A stretch of 64,000 nucleotides of DNA from Octopus sinensis (taxonomy: Eukaryota), in assembly GCF_006345805.1 (NCBI RefSeq), contig NC_043004.1:24924001-24988000 (forward strand), read 5' to 3'. The translations under genes and the position numbers were made by a program. The notes below the pieces were generated by a model. That model saw nothing but the letters and a program-made list of their open reading frames with translations, had not been told where the DNA came from and did no database searches. Of the stretch, positions 13,646 through 26,405 are shown in pieces. Position 1 is the stretch's first letter; each line of letters opens with the position of its first letter.

Positions 13646-13936
13646 ATCACATGATTATCCTCACATATTGATTGTCACTACTGTGTCATTCACTTCATGA
13701 TTTCTCTCTAGTTATTTACTGGTTTATATATTGGGGGTACGAAAATGGGGTACTAATTGGGCAAGGCTATGTGAAACTCTATATAGATCTGGGTCATAAT
13801 TAAAATCCTTAGATTGTCAGATCTGCATGTTGTCTCTTAAGGTTATTGTAGCAAAATTTTCTCAGAGCAAGACATTTCTCTTTCTTCAATCTTGTTCTTG
13901 GTCTCAAAATGAAGCAGTACCTTGTAAATGTTGTTA

Positions 13937-14511
13937 TTGGGTTGTCCGGAAAGTTTGTGCTGGTTTTTAAAGGAAAGAAAAAGGTAATAAATAGTTGCCA
14001 CTACATTTTTAATCAATCAAATATGAACCATTTTGTTGCACCATGCGTCTCTATCTTTCCTTAACTTGAAAATACCCTCTTCCCAGAATTGAGGTGGTTG
14101 GTGGTTTTCAGCAAAGAATCATCAGGTTTTCTTTTTTACGTCATCAAGGAATTGAAATTTTTACCATTAAGACTATTCTGCAGACCTGAATAAGTGGAAA
14201 TCCAAAAGGAGCAATATTCTAGTGAATATGGAGGGGTGGTGGGTAACACTCTCAGCCGAAGTGCAGCAATTTTTGTCTGGTTCCCAAAGCATAAGTACTG
14301 AAAATGAACTTTCTTATCTTCCATTTTTAAAGGGTTACAGAATTAACAAGGTTATAGGAACATAAACCTTCTGCCACGAAAGATAGCTTAACCGACGTTT
14401 GTTCTAAATGGAGGTGTGTAGTCAAATCCTATTTTATGGACTCAACCATGTTCTAAAATAAGTCGAAAGGTAAGCTACTATAAATCGGCACAAACTTTCC
14501 GGACAACCCAA
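13937..14511 (-). mobile_element. Internally deleted mariner (MITE-like, 575 bp)
   Basis: Perfect 24-bp TIRs ttgggttgtccggaaagtttgtgc and TA TSDs. The N-terminus MEDKKVHF is fused to the C-terminal remnant PPYS...LQNSLNGKNFNSL. Confidence 0.9.
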
Positions 14512-15281
14512 TACATTGTCTCATATAATCCATGTTGTTGAAGTACTTGCTGTGGTCATTGTTGTTGTCATCATCATTATCATCATTGCTGTAGTTATCA
14601 TTGCTATCATTGTTTTTGATGTCATCATTGTCCTTATAGTTGTCAGCATCATCAACATATTATCTCCTCCTCCTCCTCTGTATTTATAAGTCTGCAGCCT
14701 GTATTTGATTCCCAGCATGGGAATATTAATGTTTTGTCAGGTCTCCTTGGTGTAGTGGTATCTTGGTCATAATGCATATAGAAAGGCATGTGGTTTGATC
14801 CCTGTACATGATTCGGTTCACTTTTTAGCAACACGAAAGGGCATCCGGTTGCAGAACAGTCTCAGCAATATGTATTTCATTCGACCCATACTTGCATGAA
14901 AAACAAATGTAAAACAGTCAAGTTTTCCATATTAGTTTAGGTTGGATGAATTTGCAGTATACCATATGTTTATTTGCCTCCATTCTGTCATCCCACCAGT
15001 TAGCCCAGCATCTTGTGATGCTAATGATGTCAGATTGAAATATCATATTGTGAGTCATCAGAAAATATGATCAGCTCATCAATGAGTCTAGCATGGAACA
15101 ATAAAAGAAACCAACAATGATAATAACAAAGAAAGACAGATGTTAAATTATTAATGGTGATAATGATGGTGGTATTAATTTGTGTCAGCAGTCAGCATGT
15201 TCATCTTTTGGTAGGAAGTGTTGACAATTCTCATCAGGTTACAAAAGACTCTCTGCTTCTCCCTGATTTCTTCCTTCCAAG

Positions 15282-15360
15282 ATATAAAAATTATTAACAA
15301 ATTAGTAACAGATATATTGATGTGCTTGTTGGATCACACTAATGAAATAAAAGCAGAAAA
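15282..15360 (+). CDS. Actin-like gene, upstream exon (candidate start ATG at 15320: MCLLDHTNEIKAEK)
   Basis: Long polypyrimidine acceptor (ctctgcttctccctgatttcttccttccaag), open frame, donor AA|gttagc. Its phase 2 matches the next exon (AA+G = Lys). More upstream exons are possible. Confidence 0.6.
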
Positions 15361-15379
15361 GTTAGCATGTATCTCTCTC

Positions 15380-15790
15380 TTTTTACTCTTTTACTTGTTT
15401 CAGTCATTTGACTGTGGCCATGCTGGAGCACCACCTTTAGTCGAGCAAATTGACCCCAGAACTTATTCTTTGTAAGCCTAGTACATATTCTATCAGTCTC
15501 TTTTGCCGAACTGCTAAGTTACGAGGACGTAAACACACCAGCATCGGTTGTCAAGCGATGTTGGGGGAGGAGGGGACAAACACAGACACACAAACACATA
15601 CACACACACACATTATATGTACATATATACGATGGGCTTCTTTCAGTTTCCATCTACCAAATCCACTCACTAGGCTTTGGTCAGCCCGAGGCTATAGTAG
15701 AATGCACTTGCCCAAGATGCCATGCAGGGGGACTGAACCCGGAACCATGTGGTTGGTAAGCAAGCTACTTACCACACAGCCACTCCTACT
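15380..15790 (-). mobile_element. SINE A in intron of the actin-like gene
   Basis: Full head, body and tail. Confidence 0.8.
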
Positions 15791-16491
15791 TTGTTGTATA
15801 TAGTTTATGCTATGTATGTATGTATGTATCACTCACTGTGGTTCCCCTTCTCTTTCCTGTCCCCCTTTGTACTCTCATGAACTCCTTGCTCATGCACTTT
15901 GTCCAATTCTCTACTGCTTTATTTACATTCATTTCCTTGAACCTAAACAGTATTGTTGTATCAGCCACATGAGATCTTCAGGATATTATTCAAGCAGCAC
16001 TGATAGAATTGCTCAAAATGTTGGATATGCTTGCAGTAGGTTGTCCGGGTTTTGTATCTTTACAACAATGCTGTTAAGTCATATGCTTGACAGGCATCGT
16101 CTTTCGTTGCTGCTTTGATGTCTGATTGCAACCAGAGCCTTGATTCAAGCTTTCCAAGTGCTCCTCAAGCCTCAGAAATTCTATAACTGATTTCCTTATC
16201 AAGTGTGTTAATTTCCAGACGATGTGCTGCCAAAGTAGACAAAGGTATCTACAACTTCTAACTTTTTACCCTTGATGTACATCGGTGATGGGATATATAG
16301 CTTATCTGATGCTAGTTGTAGCATTGACTATGGTCTTCCTAAAACTGATTTGCAGTCCAAATTCATCATACGCTCACCACTGATATATATATATGACCTT
16401 TAAATTGTACGTCTTATGATTTTTTTTCCATAATTAATTTTGGGGTTAAGTAATGATTTTGTTAACAATGTTTTTTTTTTCTTTTCTGCAG

Positions 16492-16672
16492 GAAAGAAGA
16501 ATCTCATGTACAGACATGCTACGAAACATCTCCAGTTTCTCGTAAACGCTACAACAATGATGGTGTACCTGTGGTTTTTGACTGTGGTACAGGCACTTGT
16601 AAAATTGGCTTCTCTGGTGAAGATTTACCCAGGGATGTTTTCCCAACATGCACAGCAGAACTTCAGCAACAG
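16492..16672 (+). CDS. Actin-like gene exon with phosphate-1 loop (VVFDCGTGTCKIGFSGEDLPRDVFP)
   Basis: Acceptor tttttcttttctgcag|G, donor CAG|gtaagt (phase 0). The translation matches the actin N-terminus [25 protein letters not shown]. Confidence 0.92.
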
Positions 16673-16721
16673 GTAAGTTTCTTATTGAATGAGATTTTAG
16701 TTTTACTTGTTGGGTCTGGAC

Positions 16722-17039
16722 CAGGAGTTCTCAACTGGGGTCCATATAAGATTTTTGGGGATCTTCATAAACAAAATAGTAAACAGGGGATCCACAAGTA
16801 ATATTTTAAGGGTCCATGAAAAATTCTGATTCAGATGCATTTCTAGTAAGAAACAGTTAGGTTTCTTTCTAACATTTTACATAGTGCAACATACACAAAT
16901 TAATGTGTGAAAATCAAAATAGGAATTTTGAAAAGGGTTTCTATAAAACTAATTTTTTAATTTAAAATGACTATGGGTGTCCACCAGAATAGAATAGTAA
17001 TCAAAGTGGCTATACGTAAAAAATGGTTGACAACCATCA
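16722..17039. mobile_element. hAT MITE, same family as 3714-4035
   Basis: caggagttctcaa...ttgacaaccatca ends, TSD gtctggac/gtctagat, internal similarity to the 3714 copy. Confidence 0.8.
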
Positions 17040-17264
17040 GTCTAGATGAAAGAGCAGTGCCCATCACTTTCATAAGCCCACCTATACTGGTGAGACTGAT
17101 GCCATTAATGTGTCTCTGAAACTTTTGTAAGTCAGTACCTACAGGAGACATTTTCTTTATGAGATAGTGTGGAATTCCATAAGATCAAACATTCTAGGAA
17201 GGAAGGACTGGGTATAGAGATTAGTGTGGGGGTTAATCTTAACAAGGTGCATGGCTCAGTGGTT

Positions 17265-17580
17265 AGAGCGTTGGGCTCACATTCATAAGGTAGTGAGTTC
17301 GATTCTTGGACTGTGCTGTGTGTTGAGTTCTTCAACAAGGTACTTTATTTCACATTGGTCCAGTTCACTCAGCTATAGAAATGAGTTGTAATATCACCGG
17401 TGTCAAGCTGTATTGGCCTTTGCCTTTTCCTTGGATAACATCGGTGGTGAGGAGTGGGAAGGCTGGTATGCATGGATAACTGCTGATCTTCCCTGAACAA
17501 CCTTACCCAGACTTGTTCCTAGGAGGGTAACTTTCTAGGTGCAATCTCATGGTCATTCATGGCCGAAGGGGGTCCTCTTA
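17265..17580 (+). mobile_element. tRNA-derived CORE-like SINE family C (OR1-like)
   Basis: tggctcagtggttagagcg...gagttcgattc head followed by tgtgttgagttcttcaacaagg.actttatttcac. Related copies at 25200-25550, 32260-32570 and 34700-34860 (minus). Confidence 0.7.
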
Positions 17581-18692
17581 ATCTCAACAAAGGTGATGAG
17601 AAGATGGAAGAAGAGTGAAATGAGATTACTTGAGAAGTATTAAAATACTTGATAACTTTTCTGGGATTTTATCCCTTGTACTAGTATGTATAAACTTATA
17701 GTCAGGAGTGATTCTATTTAGAAATATTAATTTTCTATATTTAATGGTAGCTGTTCATCTGGGAAGTGGAAGTAAAATTTGTTACTTACTGCTTTTACTT
17801 AATGCAGTCATCATTATCATCATCGTTTTAACATCTCTTCTTCCATGCTTGAATGGGTTGGATGGATTTTATTGAGGCAGCTTTTCTACAGCTGGATGCC
17901 TTTTCTGTTGCCAACCCTCACCTATTTCCAAGCAGGCAAGTATTTCCCAATGGCCAAACATATTCTTGCAGAATATTGAAAGTGAGTGACACTGCTTGTA
18001 TAGCAGTGACAATCATTTTATATCTATCATATGATGTCAGCCCCCCCCTACCTATTTACATGTGTATGTACATACTTGTATATCTTTTATTGTTTACTTG
18101 TTTCAGTCATTAGGCTGTGGCCATGCTGGAGCTCTGCCTTGAAGGGTTTAGCCAAACAAATTGACCTCAGTACTTTTTTGTTTTTGCTAAGCCTAGTACT
18201 TATTCTACTAGTATCTTTTTGCCAAACAGTTAAGTTATGGGGATGTAAATGAACCAGCACTGGTTGTCAAGCAGTGAGGTGGGGGATAAACACAAGCACG
18301 AAGAGGACATGTTGAAGGCACCCGTGCCAGTGATTTGTTAAAGACACCTAGTACACTCTGTGGAGTGGTTGGCATTAGGAAGGGTATCCAACTGTAGACT
18401 GGAGCCTGCTGTAGCTCTCCAGCTTACCAAGTCTCGTCAAACCGTCTAACCCATGTCAGCATGGAAAACAGATGCTAAACGATGATAATGATGATACACA
18501 CACACACACACACATGCCCACATGTGTGCGTCACACACACACACACACACACACATGCATGACAGGCTTCTTTTAGTTTCCTTCCAGTAAATCCACTCAC
18601 AAGGCTTTGGTCAGCCTGGGGCTATAGTGGAAGACATGTGAACAAGGTACCACTGCGTGACACCTTGAACCCAGAAGCATGTAGTTAAGAAG

Positions 18693-19490
18693 CAGTATCC
18701 TACTTTAGCATGCAATCTACTGCAGTAAAGACCCAAGGACCATCAATTCTATGTCCAAACTTCCTGTTATTTTGTACATCTACATAATTTTCTTGAGCAA
18801 GTGGAGCAGTGTTGCCATTTAGCAGTCTTCTACAATTGTATTTCTGTTGACCAGCAAATCTTGCCTCATCAATTTCAAAGGCGTTGTTGTTTTTTTCCAA
18901 CCATCTTACCCTGTTGACAATGAGAAACGATGGCTCTACACACCGCTCTGCACATATCATACCAGTCATTTACTGTACTGGAACACTTTCCTGTTAGAGT
19001 CACTGCTTTATTCATGGATATCTCCATTAAAAAAAAGTACACCAGCTCTAAAATCTCACACAAGCTCAAATTGCAGTGCAACTTGTTGATGTCCATATAA
19101 GGTAAAAAAAACCAGTTACCTTTCCGAATAGAACACGAAGTTTGACACCCTTTTCGAGGAAAACGAGATATAAGCTGGTATTCTCCATTTCTGTCACATT
19201 TTTGTTTTTCTTACCTGACGCTACCACATCAATGACAAGAGTCTGCTTCTTGTGATGTATCCAGAAGATTGCTTTCTTGTAAAAACACAACTGCTGTTTC
19301 CTCTGTAAAAATTATGTGTCTATAGAAATCCTTTAACAGCATTGTAATGGCTAAAATTAACTCAAGTTAAAAGGGTAAGAAAAGGTAGACCTCATGCTAA
19401 AAGTAATTTCAGTGTAGACAGGATACTGCGGTAGACCGCATGCTAAAGTAGGATACTGTGGTAGACCGCACACTAAAGTAGCACTCAAAC
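18693..19490 (-). mobile_element. Merlin (IS1016-like) transposase fragment inserted in a SINE A head
   Basis: LSLCEILELVYFF, VNDWYDMCRAVC, FEIDEARFAGQQKYNCRRLL...HRIDGPWVF. Flanked by an inverted ~30-bp motif. Confidence 0.8.
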
Positions 19491-20149
19491 GTCTTACTTC
19501 ATTATCACGTCTGTGCCTACAGCTGCCATGCCTGTGCTTGATTTCAAATGTAATGTGATCCTCATGTTTTGTAAATTAAAGTTAACAATAAATTTAATCC
19601 ACCTTTTGTTTCTTTTTTTTACGCTAAACATAACATTACTCTTAATTTTTACCCTGTTATCTTCTGTTAAATTTCTCACATTATAAATAAATGCAATATG
19701 TACTCAGTACTTAAGGAGGTATAATAGACAAGCTGTAGTGAAGGTTTTACATACATGACAACAGCTAATTGCTGAATGCCTAACCTCACATCCTTTTGTT
19801 TTCATGCTTAGATAATAAAAATAGATTAACCAAGAACTTCATATAGAAGATGTCTTGAACTCATTTAACTCACATCTGCTGGCAGACTTCATAATTTGCT
19901 ATTGAATATAACTACCTGGGGTGAAAAGTCTGTTAATTATTACCTCCTATGTATGTATGTAGGTGTGTGTGTGTGTGTGTGTGTGTATGAATATTTGTAT
20001 GTATAGATATATGTGTATATATGTATCGCACACACATACACATGCACATATACAATTGTATATATGTATGTATGTATTGTAATTTCATATACTTAGTTTG
20101 AAAAGCTTTTGCTCTTCACATCTACTTGGACATTGGGAGTCAAGGGTGG

Positions 20150-22400
20150 AGAGTGCTCAGTAAAGTAGTCAGTGCTATGTGAAGGGATTATAAGCAAACC
20201 TTTGAGAGATCACTTATATGGCAGCGGGTTGGGGTTCAAGTGTGTGCTGAAGTCAAAAGATGGACTCCAAACCTCTCCACAGCAAGGCAAGGACTGCTTG
20301 CTGTGTGTGTGTGTGATTTCTAAGATCACATCCTTCATGAGGTAACCCTGTTTCTAATTGAGCACAGAAAATCTGAGGGAGTGAATCCTGATCACAAGTC
20401 CTGCACATTGGTAGTCTAGTGTGTATTGTAATGTCATTTTGAAAGTCAAAGGTGGTAGCGACAGTAGCTCAGCATCACACTTCATGACCAAGTAGCCTGT
20501 TAAGGACAACACTGCTTACTCGCAATGTGAGGGAACTAGAAAATGTGCTCTAAACAAATGCTTACATCATTTCAAACTGATCAGCATGCCACAGCTGATG
20601 GTTGTTTGTTTTTAATGGTAAAAAGATAAAGAGAAGAAAAGCAGCAATAACTAAAAAAAAAAAAAAAAGTGCAAAAACATTGCTAGCATGTATCTGAAGT
20701 TTGGTTGTCAGTATTTTGCACCTTGACTCAGGAAGTGAAAATCAGCTGGAAAGAAGGACTGCTCTTTTAGCAGAGGAATTAAGGAGATATGATATTGATA
20801 TTACAGCACTTTCTGAAACATTTCTTGCTAACAAAGGGTAGATCACCAAAGTAAATACATTCTTTTGGGAACAGAAAACAGAAAAAGCAAACTGAGAGAA
20901 TGGTGTAGGATTTGCTATAAAGACCAAGTTAGTTGAGAAACTTCAGGAACTGCCTTTTGGCACATCAGATAGAATAATAAGCCTTCAATTACCATTGGAT
21001 AAAAGCAGATACAACTCTATGATCAGTGTATATGTTACCAGTGACACGTTCAGAGGAGGATACAATACTGTTCTATATTGACCTGAGAAAGTTGTTACTT
21101 GGTACTTACAAGAATTACAGGATATATCTAATGGAAGACTTTAATGTTTGGTAGGAGTTGAGCATGATATTTGGTGCTACCTGGAGAAACATGGTCTTGG
21201 TAAAACACTGCAATAAACTGCATCTCTTGCAGTTATACAATAACTATAACTTGGCAATGCTTTCTTTAATTAAAAAAGCAAGTGCAGAGAGACGTGGATG
21301 CACCCACATTTGAAGCACTGCCATATGGTTGATTTTATTACATTAGAAAGTGTGGTCTATGGGATATGAAAACTAAGAGTCATGAGAGGTGCAAAGTGTT
21401 GGATAGTCATTGATTAGTCAGAGCCAAGTTTAGGTTTTAGATACACCCTAAGTTTCAGCAGAAAAGTAGTTACACAATGCTTCATATGGGCAAATTCTAG
21501 TCAAAAGAAACTCAAAATTTGTTGATATTAGCCAGTAGAAGATACACAATTAAAAATGGTGACGTCTTTTATGTTTCTGATAAGTGTACTGTCAGATGAT
21601 GCAAGTTTGGAGAAGGAGATCTTCTACAGAATGAAGAAAACTTTGGTAGCTCTTGGAAATCTGAAAAGCCGGCTATGCTTTTAGGTTAAATACTTGGGAT
21701 CAGATTAAATACAAAGATATCCATTTGCAAGACTAGTGTACTCTTGGGTTTATTGTATGACTCTGAAACTTGGATGATCTACAAACACCAAGTCAAGATG
21801 CTCAAATAGCTTCACCAACACTGTTTAAAATATATACTCAACGTGAAGTGGATCAGACATACTCTAGATTCCAAAGTTCAAGAAAAAGTTGAGATGACTG
21901 TCGTTGAAGCCATCATCGTTTGGAGTGTTTTAAGGTGGAGTGGACATTTTTTTGAATGAGTAATACTTGAATTCCAAAGCAACTGTTTTATGGGGAAAAA
22001 AAGAAAGCAGAAAGCCTCAAAACTCAAACATGGTACAAAGATCTTCTTAAGATGAACTTGAAGAAATGTGCTATTTCTATTGAGAAGTGGGAAGAAAAAG
22101 CTGCTGACAGAGTAAAGTGGAGAAAAGCAATCTTTGATGAGATAGCATTATTTGAGAGGGAAAGAATTCAGCATGCTCCGTACAAAAGAGCAATTCAGAA
22201 GGGAAAGCAAGTCAAAGGAAAAGGCAGTGTGATACAAAGCAGGTGCAGTATCTCCAGCAACTTGGTCTGAAGTGCAACATGTATGGTAAACTGGGGAAGT
22301 TGAAAGCTGGTATGAAGAGTCCTCTACAAAGTCATGCAAGGAAAGGGCCTCAAGAAGAAATTCCAAGATGTCATACTCTAGAATGAGTTGACAACTAATA
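20150..22400 (+). mobile_element. Decayed, internally deleted RTE-BovB-like LINE
   Basis: Endonuclease ERRTALLAEELRRYDIDITALSET, NGVGFAIK, SDRIISLQLPL; thumb and C-terminus LLYDSETW, WSGH, YKDLLKMNLKKC.I....WEEKAADRVKWR. Confidence 0.85.
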
Positions 22401-22620
22401 TTAGATGTATGCATATATTTAATAATTTCATTTGGGCATTAACTCTGGAGTTTGCCCTGTTAAGTTCCTCTACTGGTATTGACTATCAGACGTGTGTGTG
22501 TGAATGAATTTATGTATATATGTGTGTATATGTATATATGTGTGTGGGAATAAATATACACATATATAAATGTAATATATATATATATAATGTGTGTGTG
22601 TGAATGTATATATATATATA

Positions 22621-23133
22621 TCTATATATATAAAACTGTAGTTGTGTGAGTGTCTGTCCCCTATGATTTAGATTCCTAACTACTCCCACATTTTGCGGTG
22701 CAGTTTAACCAAATTCGGGTATCTTATAGTCGTGATTCATATCGAGCCCGTCTGAGTATTAGCGCGCATCTACGATGAGTCTACGATTTAAAAAATAATT
22801 TAACATCATTTTTTATTCCATTTTAATGCATAATTTTTCGTGTGTCGATGGCGGCGGAGTTGGCGTCCATGGTCACACCTGCACCTGTTTGCTTCTCCCC
22901 CTTCTTCCCTCTCTCGTGAAGCTGTGGGGAAGGGAGTGTAAGGAAATCAATGTCGTAAAGCGTTGTCAAGGAGACCAGCGTTCTTTTAGAACAACGACTT
23001 CATGGCTTGAAGACACCAAAACAGAAATGGCTAAGAAAGCCCGAATTGGCATCTATAAGGGAAGTAACTCTCTAAAAATGCTTATATAGTTATTTCCCTT
23101 ACAAACCCGAGCAACGCCGGGCGATACTGCTAG
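22621..23133 (+). mobile_element. Non-autonomous Helitron (513 bp)
   Basis: 5' A|TCTATATATATAAA, 3' hairpin cccgagcaacgccggg (23106-23121) then CTAG|T. Inserted in (TA)n. Confidence 0.9.
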
Positions 23134-23169
<36 letters not shown>

Positions 23170-23859
23170 CATATATGTAACAAAATAATTTACATCCCTC
23201 TATGTTCTGAATTTAAATTGTAATTTACCACCTAGGTTCAAAATATATACTAGTACTAGTTTTATTCCATCAATTATAGCTCTTCTATAAAGCTCAACTG
23301 TTATAAACTATAGCTGTCCTCCAGATTATGGAAGCATTGCATTTCTGAAAATCTTGCTGTAATATGGAATTCTATAACATGGAATCTATTTTCCCCTTGC
23401 CTTTCATGATAAATATCATAAAAGGTAACCCATTGCTCTCTAAAGCATTTTCACAAGTTTATCCTAAATGTTCATGGTTGTTTTCAGATTTTTAGTTAGC
23501 CTTTGTTTCATACATTCTGAATAATATAAAGCTTTCCATTCATAAGTCTCAAGATACTCTGATGGTTGGAAAAAATTGGGAATGTGATATCAAATATGAT
23601 GCATGGATAACCAAGGAAATATGTGCTGTGTATCACATGATGCACAGGACAGGCAAAGTGTTAATGAGAAAAATAAGTTTTGCAATAAGATATTCCATAT
23701 AGCAAGATTGTCAGGAATGCAATGCTTTAATAATGCAGGAGGTAGCTGCATATGAAATGTAATCACTTAAGTTAACTGTTTCATCTCCTTCGTTGTGAAA
23801 ATGGTTCTAATTATTTCTACATATATTCAGATCTTAATGCTGTTAATCCCCCTCTCTCT

Positions 23860-24055
23860 CTCTTTCGGAGAGGCACAAGCACCTACACGCACATATACAC
23901 ACACGGCAGTAACTTCCACCTACCGAATCCAATCACAAAGCTCCGGTCGGCTCGGGGCTATAGCGGAAGACACCTACCCAAAGTGCCACGCAGTGGGACT
24001 GAACCCGAAACCATATAGCTAGGAAGCAAGCTCTCTAACCACACAGCCATGCCCG
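23860..24055 (-). mobile_element. Short SINE A variant with distinct 3' end (second copy 42385-42597)
   Basis: A-type head joined to gtgtgcgt..gtgcctctccgaaagagagaggg in both copies. Confidence 0.7.
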
Positions 24056-24334
24056 TTAATGAGTTAACTATTTAGATGCACAGCTGATGTTGCAGGACCA
24101 ATGCCTGTCTCAGAATTTTTCTAATATTTTTCTTTCAATTAGAAGAATCCACAAGGCTAGTGTTCATCTCTGTTGAGTTTAGGAGGTAAAGATTAAAAAA
24201 AAAAAAAGAAAAACAAACTAAAACCAGTTTCTTGATTATATGTATAGGTTATTGGTGTGCTTTCAAGAGCTTTGTCTGAATGAAGAATTGAATGCTATTC
24301 TGAATCCAACAAACTCCACTCCAATTCCATTGAA

Positions 24335-24625
24335 ATCTTGCTGCCTATATCTGGATATTCCACAGACTTGTTGCTGTATATTCAACAGAACTGTTGTTGT
24401 TTATAGCTGAATATTGCCAGGGTCTGTTTTATTCTGCAGATCCATTGTTGCTTATTGCTAGATATTGCACAGTTCTGTTACTGCCCATGGCTGGCTATTG
24501 CACGGCTGTTACTGCCAATAGCTGAATATCACTCAGATCTGTTACTGTCTATGGCTGGATATCCTTCAGATCTGTTGCTACCTATAACTGGATATCCCTC
24601 AGATCTGTTGCTGCCTATTGCTGAC
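24335..24625. repeat. Degenerate 33-bp minisatellite
   Basis: cagatctg recurs at 24534, 24567 and 24600; unit ~cagatctgttgctgcctatagctggatatccct. Confidence 0.8.
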
Positions 24626-24659
24626 TCTGGCTACAAATATTTTGATTTCATAAGTTTTG

Positions 24660-25200
24660 AATTAAAATCTTCCACCAAATCTTAGTCACAATTTATGTTC
24701 CTAACACTAGCTGAATGATAACTAAGTTATTTTACTAAATTATTTGTTATATTTAAAGTAATTGAAAGAAGCACAGAACATCTCAAATTAAATACAGTAA
24801 CGAAAGGGTTAATTTCTTTTTATTTGGCACAAAGTTGATTTTAGTTTTGAAGGTGAATTGCAATCAACTATGATTGCAATTAACACCAATATATTACAGA
24901 TACTAAGTTATTCAATTGCAAAAGGTGAAAGGCAAAAACTAATTCATAATTTAAAATTGTTTATTGTAGGTCATCCGCAACTGTAGAAGCATGTAAAGAT
25001 GGCTCTGTACATTTGTGCCATTTATGTCTTTAACTCTTTAGCATTTAGATTACTCTGACCTGTATTATTTATTCACATTATTTTGAATTAATCATGCATT
25101 ATCTCATAGCTTCGAAATTTTAACGATGTGATTATTTATTTTTAGAATGACATTGTAGAGTAGGTGTGACAGGCTAGATCTGGCCAGTGTGAATATAAAA
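24660..25200. mobile_element. TTAA-ended (piggyBac-like) MITE fragments
   Basis: Right end gaaagggttaa (24812) and left end ttaactctttagc (25030). A similar right end lies at 1-80. Confidence 0.55.
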
Positions 25201-26405
25201 TTGATAGAATACTTAGACCTTGGATCCCCTCTTCAATCATGAATGACCATGGGTTTGCACCTAGAAAGTTACCCTCCGAGGCACAAGTATGGGCAAGGTT
25301 GTTTATGGATGACCAGCAGTCACCCATGCATACCAGCTTCCCCTCTCAGCGCCATCAATGTTATTCAAGGTAAAACCAAAGGCTGATACAGCTTGGCACC
25401 AGTGATGTCACACTCATTTCTACAGCTGAGTGGACTGGAGCAATGTGAAATAAAGTGACTTGCTCAAGAGCACAATACATAGCCTGGTCTGGGAATTGAA
25501 CTCAATACCTCATGATTGTGATCCCAAAGCTCTAACTACTGAGCCATGTGGTAGCTGGTTTAAAGACTAAAGGCCATCAGAAATGGTAGTCTGTAGAACT
25601 TACAATTTTGCATTATTTAGTCCTGTACTTCTGGGTTGCAAGTTCAAATACCACTAATTTGAATTTTGTCTTCCATTTCTTCTGGGGCGATATGTCAGGG
25701 ATTTATTCAATCAAGCATAAACTTTTTAAGAAATCCATGACCTTGTACTGCTGCAAGAAGTTAATAAAAGTACAAAATTGGTTTTCTGGAACCTTAGGTC
25801 CTGAATTTCTATCTTTTACTTGTTTCAGTCATTAGACAGCAGCCAAGCTGGAACACCACCTTGAAGCATTTTAATCAAACTAATCAACCCCAGTTGCTAA
25901 GTTATGGGGTTGTAAACACACCATATATATATATGCACACACATACATACACACAATGGCCTTCTTTCAGTTTCTGTGTACCATATCCGCTCACAGGGCT
26001 TTAGTCTACCCAAGGCTACAGTAGAAAACACTTGCCCAAGGTGCCATGCAGTGGGACTGAACCCAAAACTTTGTAGTTGGGAAGCAAACATCTTACTAAA
26101 CAGCAACACCTGTACCTAACTTCTTACCACACAGCCATGCCTGTGCCTACTGATTTTTATGAACCAGGGGTAAATTTAAAAAAAATTTAATTTACTTTAA
26201 TAATTAAATGAAATACAGTTATTTGTGTACATTGGTGAAAATTAGTGCAGAATATAAAAGGTTCTGGGCTATTTAATGTCCGGAAAGTTGGTGTTGTATC
26301 TGTATCCTATTTTATATTTTAAAATTTGTATAATCATAATTTTATGTTGTTCAAAATTTTGAATAATTCTAATTTTTTTCTTATTCTTCTTTTTGTATTT
26401 TCAAG

